This document shows, piece after piece, positions 46,743 to 62,490 of a stretch of 64,000 nt of DNA (position 1 is the first letter of the stretch; each line of letters begins with the position of its first letter). Below the pieces are notes generated by a model. The model saw nothing but the letters and a program-made list of their open reading frames with translations, did no database searches and was not told the DNA's origin. A program made the translations under genes and the position numbers. The stretch is from the human T2T-CHM13v2.0 reference genome, Homo sapiens, in NCBI RefSeq assembly GCF_009914755.1, contig NC_060931.1; one strand, written 5' to 3'.

Positions 46743-49700
46743 GCTCTGTGCTCCAAGGTGATGGGAGCTACTTTGGCATTTGTGGCCACCCACCGAAAAC
46801 CAGAGGATGGGAAAAGTTTGCCAGGGAATGCTGATGGCGGGGGGGCACCGTCTTTGGGATAGTGGGAGAGGCTGCTGTGCTGGGGATCGCTCCAGCACTG
46901 GTCTGGGGCTTGGGGCTCCTCAGCTGTGCCTCTGCACCCGGGGCCCTTGGATTTGGTTTCCTCCTCCATGGCTGTAGGGACCCTACAGAAGTGTCCTCTC
47001 AGCCTCTGTTCTTCTGGAAGGCTTGGGACAACCTGATGCAGACCTGGGGACTATGGCTAATGAGTGTGGGAGCCCCAGACAGAAAGCCAAATGGGAGGGG
47101 TGGGGGGTGTAGAGGCTGTAGGCTGGGCCCCTGTGGTTGGAGAGGAAGGTTTAAGACACAGTCAGGAAGGCTCTGAGGGCTGCCCAGACATAGTCTCTGA
47201 GGGGCCCTTTTGAACAGCATTAGGATGGGGCTAGCCTAGGAACCTCTAGGAAAGGAGCCAGGCTCACCCAGGGCTGGAACTTGTAGTTGAGGTGTCCTCT
47301 TCAGCATTGTCTGTCCCGTAAGCATAAGGCTGGGGGGCTGGCGGACATCAGGCAGTGTACCCAACATGGGGCAAAAGGGCTTTTACAGCCAGCGGAGCCA
47401 GGTGCTGTGAGCAGTATGAACGAAGGCAGGCCGGGAGCAGGGCCGTGGGCCTGGGCTCGGGAGGAAACCGCTGAGCAAGGTGGGCTGTATCCCCAAGTAA
47501 GGAGTCCCTGCAGGGGGTGGACGGGAGTTGACAGGCTCAGGCTGAGCTCCACTGGGCTACACTGAGTGTCTCAGGCCTCTCCATCTCAGGCCACGATTGT
47601 CCTGGGGCCAGCTGGGGTGGAGGTGGCAGCAAGGTCAAAGGGCAAGAGAGGTAGACAAGGCTAGAAGCACTAAATGCTCTGGGAACCCCAGGTGTGACTT
47701 AGAGATGACTGTGGAAGGGAGGGCAAGTGGGCCACCTACTGGGCAATAGGCCAGGGGGCAGCGGTCACACAGTCACTGGCTTCTGAGACCAGACATGAGC
47801 AAGAGTTGGGCCTTAGGCACGGAATAGCACACCCTGTTGCTGCCCCCGAATACCCCCTAGGCTGTCCTAAAGCAGACTTTGCCTAAAGCCCAACGAGAAA
47901 TGGTGCATGCCTCGGATGAGGGCTGGCCCCACAGCTGGATCTGAAGAAGGACTGGAGCACGGGAGTACATGGGCACTGGAGTTCTCTCTGCCTCTCCTCT
48001 CTGGCTGCATCTCTCGGCAGTGCCAGGGTTCTCTCCTCCTGAGTTTCGGGAAATGGTCCCAGGCTGAACTGAAGTCTCAGCCCAATTTCAGATTCCCAGC
48101 AAGGAGACTTTGAGCAGGAGCTTGGGTATTATGTCCATCTGACCATGCAGAAGGGGTGGAGACACCATGTGACTAGCTTACACTCAGCTGGGGGGTTGGA
48201 GGTGATTGGTTTGCACACTGGGCAGTGGTCCCAGGAAGCTCCTAGGCAGGTGGGGAATGTCATGTGTCCAGAAGATGCATGTGCAGATGTGTGTATACAT
48301 GTATGCCCTACCTGTGTGTGGGGATGCCCTGAAAACTTAAAAAATTATGTAATAAAAATAAATTTTGCAATAGAAATATTGTTAAAACTTCAGAAAAGAC
48401 ACAAAAGAAACTTAACTGATATCTCTGGACAAGTGGGACTGAGGCGTTAACATTTAGCACTTTCGTAACTAAAAAATTATTTTGTAATAAAACATTTTGT
48501 AATAAAATAATTTTAAATAAAATATCAAAAAGATATTGTAATTGAAATTAATAAAATATATATTAAATATTTTTATAATAAATATGTAAAAAAAGTGACA
48601 AACACTCTACAGTATATCAATGTTTAAAACAAGAAAATGAAGACACACATAAGTATAAAAAATGCAAAACTGCAAAAAGGTACAGAGTGTTTGGGTGAGG
48701 GAAAGTTCATTTAGTTCTGTCCCAGGCATTTGATGGTGAAACCCAGTTCCTGAGCTGGGGATTGCGGGCGAGCGCAGGAGGGCACCCAGCCCAGAGATCA
48801 GATGTGAGAAAAGAGTCAAGGAAGGCTCCTCGGAGGAGGTGACCCTGCAGCTCCATCTTGACAGGTGAAGTTGAGCCAGGAGGAGACTGAGCTGGGGGAG
48901 CTGACCTGGAGGAGGAGGGTCTCAGAGCGAAATGAGGAGCCGGTTAATTCCAGCAGAAGGCAGAAATGAGCCGCTGAGAGCTCAGAGAGGGTACATGGGC
49001 ATCCTGGATGGAGGACACACGCGGCTCACCTCCTCCAGGCTCTGAGCTGTGCAGAGAAGCGGGCCAGGCTCAGCCCGTACTCGGCTCCTCGGCGGCAACC
49101 GCACTCATGCATGAGAAGAGCGGCGTTCCTGTAGGTCAGACACCGCAGAGCTCGCCCCTTAGCCTGGCTGGCTTCTCCTCCTGTCCTGGCCTTTGAATGT
49201 CGAGCCTGCCGAGCCCCGTGCTTTTGCAGGGTTTCTGCACAGGTCCAGCCCGGCAGCCCGCCTCTCTCTGAGCTCAGGTCAGCCTCACAGCAACGCCCGT
49301 CAGGCCTGGCTCCTTCCCTCCACTACTGCTCCTTGTCTGCAGCCGGCCCCGGCCACCATCCAGGACCTAGGCAGACCAGCGGAGACTTCGGCATGGGCCT
49401 GCTATTCCCCAAACTCACCGGCTCACCATCTCCCCATCTCTTTCCCTGCGGAGGCATGTGTCCTTGTGCTTCCGGTGGATCCTCCGCACTGCTTCTCAAA
49501 GTGCCATGTGATGTCACACTCCTGATGCACGTGCACAACTTGCAGAGGGCATTTGTTCATTCGCTCATTACACAAGTATGCGTCAGGCGCACACGTTGTA
49601 CTAAGCATTGTTCTGGGCGCTGTATTACAATCATAAACAAGACAGATGTGGACCCTGCCCCAGGTAGCATGCATTCCACAGGAAGGCATGCAGTAAACTT

Positions 49701-49865
49701 GAACATCATTCATTCCTCTCAGTCTTTTCATTTCCCCGGTGAAGGGGAAAAGGAGTGCAATATGAAGTCAGCACTGGAGTGCAAGAGGGGCTCCCCAACT
49801 ACTACCTGAGGGACTTCAAGTAAAGCAAATCAGGCAATTAATCAGAAAATTACATTATTTAAAAA

Positions 49866-50354
<489 letters not shown>

Positions 50355-52524
50355 TGACATTACTTTTTATTGAAGGATCAGGTCTATTATCACAAATGTG
50401 GAGTTCAGATGGTAGGTCAGTCAGCGTGCTAGCTGGAGATGGGACATACTCTCCAAAGAGCAGATTGAAGCAGGGAATGTCTGTGTACTGTGGTGTCCAA
50501 GGAGCCAGCGCTGTATGGGGAAGCACACCTAACATCTGCCAACCAGAAAGGGAGCCATCCAGCTGCAGCCCCAGGCCTGAGGGAGCAGGGGAAAGGGGCT
50601 GGGTCTAGAAGCCACTGGCAGGGCTGCATCGAGCCCTTCCATCTGCCACTGGTGCTTCCTATTGGCCAGAAAAGCGAAGGTAGAGGATCTGTGATGTGTC
50701 TGAAGGTTAGTGTGGGTGGAAGATCAAGTGTGGCACCGATCCAGGGGGCAGACATGAGTGCCCAGCATGGACAGAAACTTTCTCTCCATCCTTCTTGCCA
50801 GCTAACAGAGAGGACCTCACCTCGTCCTCCTCTGTAACAGTGGGGTGTGGAGAAAGATGGTGTTGAGTGGAGAGTGGTAGCAGGAGAAGTCACTGGCAGT
50901 AGTTTTAGGCTGACAGAATCTCTTTGAGCAGAATTACTAAAAAATGAAAAAGGGGTTTCCACCTAGAAAAAGGTGACTTGGGGTTTTTGTTGTGTGACTC
51001 TTTTGCAACCAGAGGGATTCTCCTCTCTCTTGGCTTTGAAGGTTTTTCACCTTAAGTCTGGGCTCCATAGACCTTTTGAAATTTGAAAATCACAGAGCCT
51101 GATTGTCGGCTGACAACGGCCAGCACCATCCATTGTTGCACTGCCTTCCCGTCCCCTGTGGCTTCCGTGTGGCTTTGTGGGAACCAAGCTGTTTGTGGAG
51201 AAAGCACACAGTCGAGCGTTCATTGGAGAGGGACCTGGTGGGTGGGCGATTGTCATCCAGGACCCAGGCATGAATAAAGGGTGACCAATGAGAATAAATA
51301 ATAGCGCACATGAGCGGAGGACGGACTTGAGGACTGTCCAGCCGGGTTCCCTGGGGCAAAGCCTTCTCTCTGAGCCTCCATTTCCTTGGTATTACACACT
51401 AAAGTCCTGAGTCCTGGGGATGGGTTTTGAGGTTTGGAATTCAACATGAAGTGACTCAGGCAATAATTTAAACTCTTTTTCCATTATTGAGTATCCATCT
51501 CCTCTTTTAAGATACATTCTAATCCGATCCGTCATTCGCTAGATGATGCCGTTATCATCCCGCTTTAATCAGGTTTGAGGCTGGATGGTAAACTGAGTAT
51601 CTGAAGTAGTCACACATTAAGACCAGTGAGGCCTAATTTCAAGGATGCAGTGCAGCACAAGAGGGGTTTCGGGCTGTTCTAAGGGAGTTGATGGTTTCAG
51701 AATGTGTCCTTTGTAGTGGGGCATGCAGGACCCAGGGAGAGGATTCTATTGTCCTCTTCCCTGGGGAAGCTCAGAAGAGGAAGATCGTGGGGTCATCTAC
51801 AGCTCTCGCCACTGCTCTCATATCATTGCCCTCTACTCTCCCTCCTGGGTTCCCCTGACTCTTGGCTAGCATGTTGGACAGTCTCTCCCTGGTCTCACCA
51901 GCCCCTCCCAGGCCATAGCTGCAGCTCTTGCACATTTACTGTCAAAGCACTGCCAGGAAGGGCCCGGAGACCCCTAAGTGGACTGACTGCCTGGGTTTTC
52001 CATCTTCCTTTTTGGCCCCGGTGTGAAGCCGCAGCCCTTCCTTCCCCAATGATCAGGGTCAGCTCCTCCTATCAGAGTGGTCACTCTGTTCTCCCCCTGG
52101 TAGGATCAGGACGTCCAACCTGCAGAGTCAGAGTTATGGGCATGGGCAACATGACTTCCCCATGTGGGCCACTGGAGTGATGGCGTGGGGCCTCCTGCTT
52201 CTTCTTTGATATCCATCCCTGTGGAGTCTGCACAGCAACATGGCAAATGTACACTGCATTGTGGAGGATGGGACCTCACTCTCACAGGGCTTCATCTCCA
52301 AGCTGGCTTTTCAACAGGGTGACCCTGTACTCCAGCAGGAGGGCGGCTTCTGGGTGGAGCCGTGTGTGATGTGAGTAGGGCTGCCAGGGCTGGGTGTACC
52401 TCCCACACTGCGGGATTTTCCTGTGTGCTTTTCCCACCTCCATTCGCGGTGTCAGGGGTTGCTCTGGGGGAGGCCCAACTAAGACGTGAAGTGTGTTAGT
52501 TGTATGAGTTTTAGGTTATATTAG

Positions 52525-53520
52525 GTGGTACAGTTTTCTAGGGCTGCCACAACATTTTATCACAAACTTAGCACCTTAAGCTACACGAGTGTATTATCCT
52601 ACACTTCTGACGTGGGTCTCCCGGGCTAAAGTCAAGGTTTTGGCAGGCTGTGCTCCTTCCTGGGGGCTCCAGGGCAGTCTGTGTTCTTGCTTTTTCAGGC
52701 AGTTGGCGGAGAGGAATTCTTTGTGGCTGTAGGCCCTGGGCCCCTGCTTCCTTGCTGGCCGTCAGTGGGGGCTGTTCCCAGCTCTAGAGGCCACCCCATT
52801 TTTTGACTGGTGACTCCTTCCTCCATCTTCAAAGCCAGCCATTGGAGGTCGAAACCTGTGACATCTCACTTCTCTTCCCCAGTCTCAACTCTCTGATCCA
52901 GCCAGGAAAGGTTCTCTGATTTGAAGGGCTCATGTGATTAAATTGGCCTCCCCCCACCCCCCACCAGATAATCCAGGATCATCTCTTTGCCTCAAGGTCT
53001 GTGAGCTTCATCACCTCTGTGTTCATATCAGTCAGGGTTCTCTAAAACAGAGCCAACAGGATGTGTGGATATACAGAAAAAGATTTATTTTAAGGAATTG
53101 GCTCATGGGGTTATGCAGGCTGGCAAGTCCAAAATCTGCAGGGCTGGCTGGAAGGCTGGGGACACAGGGGAGAGCCCACGCTTAAGTCCAGTGCCCATCT
53201 GTGGGGGGACTCCTTCCTTGGGGGAGGTCAGTCTTTTCATTACCTTCGCGTCTTTACCTGACTGGATGAGGCCCACCCACATTAAAGAGGGCAATCTGCT
53301 TTGCTCAGAGGCCACCGATTTAAGTGTTAATCTCATCCAAAATACCCTCACAGCACACCCAGCATAGTGTCTGAGCACGTATGTGGGCACCGTGGCCCAG
53401 CCAAGTTGACACATGAAATTAACTAATACATCCACAAAGACCCTTTGACCAAGTAAGGTGACAAAGGTTCTGGAGATTAGGTACGCACATCTTTGGGGGC
53501 CGTTATTCTATGAACCATAC
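52525..53520 (-). mobile_element. MLT1-type LTR with nested MLT2 LTR (~53025-53425)
   Basis: MLT2 text AGATTTATTTTAAGGAATTGGCTCATG...GCCAAGTTGACACATGAAATTAAC inside MLT1 text. Confidence 0.8.
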
Positions 53521-54231
53521 TGATCTTTCCCTTTCTCTCTTCTACTGAAATCCAGAGCTTCATCTTTTCCTCAGGGATTCATGACACACAACCAAACCAA
53601 TGGAGTGCGTGGCCCTGAGCTTTCCAAACCAACAGGGAGCACATGGTACTGAGCTCTCTGGGGTAAGTGCTTCCTTAGGCCTCACCCTGAGACAGTGATC
53701 CTGGGCACAGAGCTGGCACCTTGGGGCTTCATGGTTTCTTGCTTCACCATGTCACGTTGGAAGGGGCTTCCTGCCTCCCTCCCTCTGTCACTGTGCTGTA
53801 CTCCCTCGGAGGAGACGGCAAACACGTTCTTAAGAGAATGACCCTTAACATGTACTGTGCTCTCCAGTCTCCAAAGTACTTTTCCTTCTTAGCAACGCAG
53901 GAACCCTGCTCCTAAATGACATTGTTTTTATTGTCAAGTGCAGGCAATAAAACTCATAACTCACACCCCAAATAATCATAACACGTGTTTTAAACTGTTG
54001 CAGTTAACTTTGAGCTCACCAAGGTTCAAAGAAGCCAAGAGGTATGCTCAGGGCCCCAAACTTGCCCTGGCACCAGCTCTGAGTCTTTGCTTATGTCGCC
54101 TGGTGGGAGCAGGGCAGAGGGGGATGGGGTCAGCATGCTTAGGGTCAGATGATGTGGTGGGAGAGGGGAGGTTGTGCTCCAGGAAATGACTGTGCGTATT
54201 TTGTCCAGCAGGGGCCAACAATGTTCTGCCT

Positions 54232-54520
54232 GAACACACTCACACATTCCTCACGTGTGCATACACTTATGCCCCACACCACAGTCACAATCATGAGACA
54301 CATAGATTCATATATGCTCCACACACAACACACATGAACACCCATTCATACACCACACACACACACCATCACCTCACAGCAGGTACACACACATCCCATA
54401 CACACATGCCACACATTCGTGAGCTGCACAACACACCCACACAGGTACATATACTCATCAGTGCACACACATAAACTCTCACAACACATGCATTATATAA
54501 AACCCACCACATGCCACAAA
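54232..54520. repeat. CA-rich degenerate microsatellite
   Basis: Directly visible. Confidence 0.85.
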
Positions 54521-54751
54521 ATGCACTGTAGGAAAATGAGAAAGCAGAGACCAGCAGAAGGTAATGTAAATTAAACACCACTTTAAATCTTTCCAGAGCC
54601 AGAAATGACCACAGATAACATTTTAATGTATTTTCCTCAAGACATTTTCTGATAGGTTTTTCAAAAATAAAATAAAATGAAAGTAAACTTGCTTCATTGA
54701 CTTAAAAAAGGAAATGAATGGCAGATGAATGGGTAAATGAAATGTGGTCTA

Positions 54752-55283
<532 letters not shown>

Positions 55284-55840
55284 TAAAATGCTTGATTTGA
55301 CGTTAAGTATTTTTTATTGCAATTAAACAAATGAGCAAACAAACGCAACAGGAGATGGAAGGCTGTGTCTTGATCCGTGGGAAGGTGGAAAACAGCTGAG
55401 GGTCAGAGGCACCCCTTCCTGGAATCTCCTTCATCACCCTTCTTTGAAGACCGGTCCTCTGTGTCCCTGGAGAGGGGTCACCGAGGCGTTGCTGCTGCCT
55501 CAGGGACAGAGGCGTAGTCTCATCGACAATGATACCGTTATTTCAGTGTCTGTCCAGCAGGGGGAGCCAGGTGCCCGGGAATGGCTTCCCTTGGCTCCTT
55601 CTCAACCCCCACCCTCCTGAAGTCTAGCCCCAGAGCAAGCAGAACCAGATCCCAAACCTCACCAGGTTCTGTGCTCAGGCCCTTGCCTGGACACGTGGAC
55701 TCCGGGCAGAAGCATTACTTCCAGGGAGAGTGAAGGCCCAGCGGCCATGTGTTCCCCTGATCTGGTAGAAACACCAGGATGTTATTTCTTCCTCTTAGAA
55801 GAGGCCACTTGAGTGTCAAGAAAATGTTCTCTTACAACTA

Positions 55841-56428
<588 letters not shown>

Positions 56429-57714
56429 TCAATCTCATTTATGGCGGCAGCCTTTCCACACTCAGGGTCGGGGGGATGCACCGTGGAAGGGGCAGGTCCC
56501 TCTCTCCCATGGCTCAGCTCCTCACAGCCTGTGTTAAACCCACCTGCCCTGCAGAGGCCATGGGCACCACTGGGCACAGAGAGGAGAAGTGAGGGCCCTG
56601 CCTTAGAGGGACCTAGGGGCAGTAGACACAACTCCCTGGGAGTTTGTTGGGGCATGGTTGGTTCCATGGAGGAGAGGTGTTGGAACCCAACTCTGTAGAA
56701 TGGCCAGGGCTTCCCCACTGCAGAGCCAGGGTGGGGAGTCCAGGAAAGGGAGCATTGCTCCCTGGTGCAGGCTTGGGGGAACTGGCTGCCCCCCTCCCAC
56801 CTGACAACCCCATCCTACTGTTCCAGCCTGCAAGCTATGTGCAACCGCCTTTGGGGCTGTGGGACCGAGTGGAGACTAAGACTCTCCTGGAGAGAGCTGT
56901 AGGGCCGAGTCTGTGTGGGATGTGGGTGGACACCTGGGCCTGGACCATCCTCTTGGTTTGTCTTGGCTGGTGTAGGGTGTGCGTGTGTGTAAGCCAGCCC
57001 CCTGCTGCCCTGGTCAGCTTGTTTTATGACCCCTGGCCTGTGGGCAGAAGGCCTGGCTGTGGGCACCATCAGTCTCACTAGAGGCTCTGTGGCCACCCCT
57101 ACACCTGCTGCCCACCCCTCAGGCAGAAGGCAGGACAAATGATCAATTTTAATTAGTTTTGACTCCTTTGAATTAATTCTGGCTGTAATCAGAATTTCTT
57201 CAGTAAAAAAGCACAGAAAGTTCTTCTCCCGAATAAGGGTCTTGTTAAATAAAGTGGGTCTTTCTAAGCCAGGAGAAGTTCAGCTCAGCTCCTGGGAAGG
57301 TAGCAGTACCTACGGCTCAGAGGAGTGGAGGGCCCATCCATGTAGGAGCCTGGGCCTGTGCCCCAACCTCAGACCAGCATGTGCCCCCAGGGGTGGTGGG
57401 TGGGCCCTGGAGGGCAGAGAGGTGCCTCTAGCTGGCTCTCGGAAGTCCTGACCAGTGACAATTCTTAAGACACCATTAAGTGTCCACTGGAGCCAGGGCC
57501 TGTGCTAGGGGCTGAGGGTGACAGAGGTGACCCATCTGGCCAAGTGACCTGTGGCTGGAGAAACTGAGGCCCTCCTTCGCCTCAGGGACCCTGACACTCT
57601 TCAAGGCCAGGTCTTTGGTGGTGCCAGATACTCTCCTGTCCCTTGGTTTGCTTGTGGCTTGGTTCTTGGTGTGTGATACGTCTCTGTGTGTGTAGTTGCC
57701 ACACCCTCCAGTCT

Positions 57715-57913
57715 CTCTCATACACACTGTTTCCCAAGCATACACTCACAAACACACCTTGTCTCAGACTCAAACACACACATGCCACACACACACCATA
57801 CATCACACACTCCATGCACACACATGCATCTACACACACCCCACATGCACATCACACACACGTACTCCATGAACAACACACACACGCACACACACAGACG
57901 CACACACACACAC
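57715..57913. repeat. CA-rich degenerate microsatellite upstream of RAMP3
   Basis: Directly visible. Confidence 0.85.
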
Positions 57914-58399
57914 CCCCCAACCTCTTTTATGCACTTTTCTGACCTTTGGAGACCTGGCTCCTAGATGTATCTCTGCTCAAAGTTCCCCTCCCTGCCTGGG
58001 GGCAGCTCTGGACTCTGGTCTACTTTCGGCCAGGGCACACCTAGCCCACTCCCAGGTCCACCTTCCTCCAGTCTACCCCCAGACTCCTCTAGGCCATCAT
58101 CAGCCAGCGCTTCATCCTCACCTCAGCTCCCTCCCCGGTCTACCCCCACCCTCTGCCCCCGAGCCTGGACGGAAGTTCCCCAAGTCTCTCCAGCCTGCAT
58201 CCCAGCCCACCGTCAGCCGGCCCCCACGCTCACCCCAGCTCACCTCCCAGTCTGCCCCTACAATCTGCTCCCAAAAAGCTCCTTTGCAGCTCAGCACCCC
58301 AGCCCCGCCCTCAGAGCCCATCAGCCGGCACCCCACCTTACCCCAGCTTGTCCCCAGCTCGAAACCCTGCCCTCGCCCCCCTCTCACCCCGCTGAGACT

Positions 58400-58990
58400 C
58401 CAGCCGCCCCCATCCCTCCCACCCGGCGCGCCTGCAGGGACTGCACCCCACATCTGGAGGCAACGGGGCACGGCCGCAGGCGTGGTCTGGGGGTGCGGCC
58501 TGAGGGCGGACCCCCTGAGGCCCCGCCCCACCCCAACCCCAACCGGGCGTCCCCCAGCCGCGCCCCCAGCGGGACCGAGCGTGACCCAGCTGCGGCCGGC
58601 CAGCCATGGAGACTGGAGCGCTGCGGCGCCCGCAACTTCTCCCGTTGCTGCTGCTGCTCTGCGGTAAGGGGGCGACGGCCCGCACCGGGGGCGCCCCCAC
58701 TCCTCGGGGTTCACCGGACCCGGGTGGACCCGCGCCTTCCCGCACCTGCGCCGCGGTCCTTCCCTTGCCCCGGAGCTCGGGAGGGGCGCACAGTGACCCT
58801 GGCGGGATTCCCAGGCTCTGCGGGAGGGTTCCACCCGGGAGAAGCTGAAGGCGAAGGACTCTGGCGGGCAAGGGAGGCACAGGGCCCCCTCCGGGGTCTT
58901 CTGACGGCAGGGTCCGGCAGCCCCCGGTCCTTCTAGTTGTGATGTCCCCCCACGCCCCGGTTCTGGGGTCGCCTCAGGGTGGGCGAGAAG
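58400..58990. promoter_or_regulatory. RAMP3: CpG island / GC-box promoter of RAMP3
   Basis: Dense CpG; GGGCGG (~58505) and CCCCGCCCC (58521-58529); no TATA box. Confidence 0.88.
58606..58663 (+). CDS. RAMP3: RAMP3 (receptor activity-modifying protein 3) exon 1, signal peptide; rest of gene lies beyond the window
   Basis: GCCATGG Kozak; METGALRRPQLLPLLLLLC(G) recognised; donor GCG|gtaagg, phase 1. Confidence 0.96.
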
Positions 58991-60827
58991 AGGTGGACCA
59001 GGTCTGGCTCTTTACCCCTTATCCCCCAGGGTGGGCTGTCTGTAAGGTAGTGAGCTCTCTGTCCTGGCATTGAGTGCCTGCCCACCACTCACAGGGGCGT
59101 GGGCGGGTGGACTCCGGACTGGGTAGCTGGTCCTCCCAGGGCCCCTCAGTGTGTGGACGCCTGTGTGTGTCCTGGAACTGGCTGAGAGGGGAAGCGGGGC
59201 GACTCTCTGAGCCATCCTCTCCTAATGCCTTCTTCGGCAAGAAATCAGGACTCTAGGAAGAACCATTGCTCACAAAATGGAAATAGATTAAACTAAAAGC
59301 TTGTTTTGAAGTACCTTGCTAAAGAAATTATCCAAGAAAAAGTAAGAGAGAGAGAGAGAGAGAGAATGTGTGTAAAGGCTGTTGGGGAAGAGTGCTTGCT
59401 GAGGGCTGGGGTCCACTGAGTGGTGACTGAGCCTGGCCAGTTCTGGGGGGGACATTGGTGATGGAGGGCCCTGGCCTGGTGGTCCCCAGTTTCCCTGGCT
59501 GTAAGATGCAGAGTTGGGCCTGTTTTGATGATTTGGGATTTGGTACGGGAGGTGGGAAAAGGGTGGACCAAACTCAGTGGTCATTTTCCTTCCATTGAAG
59601 AGGTCTTGGTGTGCAGAACTTGTGTGGCTTCATTTGGTGTTCCAGGGCTGGAGCCTAGGATGTGGTGGATTTTGTGTTGAAGTGCAAAGGTGGATGGCAG
59701 CTTCTGAAATCAGGAGCATGCTGATTTGGGATTTCAGCAAACTTCCAGTGAGCGCCCCTTAGGTGGAGATCTTGGTCGCTATAGTGGAAAGAAGGTCCTC
59801 TCAATTCATTCTGGGAGAAGCTGAGGCTTTCCTGATCATCTCCAGTATCAAATTGAGAAGGACCACAGGCTTCCGCCTGCACAGAATCTCCCCTTAATAA
59901 TCCTGTCTCTCGTGGACCCAGTTCCTGAGGGCCACTTCTTTGTCCTGTTGTGTTGGTCCTGACTGTCCCCCTCCAATGGGACATGGGTTCACGCTCCCTG
60001 GCCAGAATAGGGACCAGGTCCAGCTTCTCAGCAGACCCTCCCAGTGTTCGACTGGCCAGAGTGAGATTCAGGGAGAGGTAAAACTTGCTCATGGTCCCAG
60101 GCCGATGTGTCAGAGGTATCCGGGACTGGAACCCACATCTGCCCTGGATGCTGCTGTGTCTGGAAGGAAGGAGCTGGGTGGGTTCCTCTTGACTGAGGAC
60201 TAGCTCAGGAGGACCAGCAGGGAGGGTGCAGGCCTCTGGGGCTTCTTTGAGAATTCCAGACCTTTTTCCAGAAAGCATTTGATGCTGTGTGGGGCTGTGG
60301 GGATGCGAAGTCCAGCAGTTGTCTACTCAGCAGGACACTTTGCTGTGGTGCCCAGCTCTTGACTGGACTCTTCTGGTCTGGGTGAAAATCCTGATCATGA
60401 TCCCAAGATTATAAAGCACTCACTGGCCTCAGTTTCCGAGCTGCAATGTAGATGTAATAATAGCAATCTGTAAAGGGCTGCTGAGACCGTCAGTTTGATT
60501 CCATTCAGTTTAGTCCCTATCACCTTGTGTTGGGCATGGGATTGTGGGGTGGAAGGGTTCATGCTTAAACAAGGGGAGGTATGGGAAGGCACCCACCAGT
60601 GACTGCACTGGGCCTCATGAGGCTCACTCACAGCACCCAAAGATGGAGCACCATAGTGTGTGTGCCTGTGTGTGCAAGCGTATGAACATGGTACCATCGT
60701 TTTTATCATTAAATGATGTCCTGCTGCCATGTTACCTGTGGTCATATTGATTCTACTGAATCAAGTGGGCCCAAGGGCCATGGTTGGATAGCAGTAACTC
60801 TGGTGAATTAAAGACTTGGAGGTGGCC

Positions 60828-61233
<406 letters not shown>

Positions 61234-62369
61234 TTACCTATTCTTCATAAGGAAACAGAAATCTGGAGGTTAGAGAGGAAGTTGCCCAACCACAGAGACC
61301 AGGGGCAGAACCGCCCAGAATCCACAGCCTCCCAAGGTCGACTGACCGTGGCCCATGGCAGCCACTTGCCAGTCTCGTCGATGCTCTTTCTGTCAAGGAG
61401 GGGGAGAGCGCCTGTGTTTCATTTCCAAATGACTAGCCACAAAAGCCCTTTCTGGCGGAAATGCATCTGTTTGGCTGTTTATCATCTCTCAGTGGCGTCT
61501 GGAAGTCCCTGAGACAAAAGAAACACAGGCCGGCATGTTCTTTGTTTCCCAATGAAACCAACCAAAATGGATTTCTATTTTGATTCAGTTCCTGCGACCT
61601 TTACTAATGCAGCCAGTAGCTTGATTGGCAATGGCCCTCTTTTGTGGTGTTGCCAGGAATCTGTCTTTACACCATTGTTCTAACATTGGGTGGGTTGTCA
61701 GGTTTTGCTGGGAGCCCCTCAAGCCTCATGTGCACTAGAAATGAGCTCCCTGGGGAGGGCACTTGGTTTCTCAGGGTGCCTGCCTTGTGCAGGCCCAGGG
61801 CTGGTGCTGTCACAGGCATCCTCATAGCACCTCCGTGGGTAGAGGAGTTATCCCAGAACACCTGCCTGAGGATGGCATGTGGTCCTCAAAGGCACATTTA
61901 CAATCTGCCTGAGCCAGGTCCTTGCGATGGGGCATGTGAAGATTATGGAGTATGTAGAGATTTGGGGCATGCAGAGATTCAGGGAGGGGCATGTTGTCAG
62001 GGACCCCTCCTTCTCTTTTTAGATAGCTGTGCGACCTGGGTGGGTATTTGTAGAGCCGTGGGGGAGGGGCTGGGCAATGCCCTGGCACTGGGGGTGGTGG
62101 GGAATTGATGCTGTCTTTGCCTGGCTCAGTGAGGGAGATCAGGGGCTCAGGGAGAATAATAGTTGCCTGAGGGTAATGAATACTTATCAGGACCTTGTCC
62201 CTGAGCTGTGTTTCAGAGCATCGTAGTTAATGTGAAAATGTGGCAGACACAGGCCCTGTGTAGGGAGGTGGGCTGTAGGAACAGCCATGACTTGGGCTGG
62301 CTGCGGCAAATACCTCCAGGAAAGGGCTGGGGAGGAGAAGGCAGTGGTTCAGATTCATTCTGACTTCCA

Positions 62370-62490
62370 AGAAGAGGAGGAAGGAAGGAGAGGAGAGGAA
62401 ACAGGGGAGGGGGAGGAGGGTAAAGAAGGACAGGGGAAGGAGGAAGAGAGGAAGAAGGGGAAGGAGGGGGAGGCAGAGGAGGAAGAAGAA
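62370..62490. repeat. GA-rich polypurine tract
   Basis: Directly visible. Confidence 0.85.

Noticed and set aside
57965-58936. 323-aa and overlapping long ORFs at RAMP3
   Set aside because: Pro/Ala/Arg-rich, stop-poor CpG-island frames; the real coding segment is 58606-58663.
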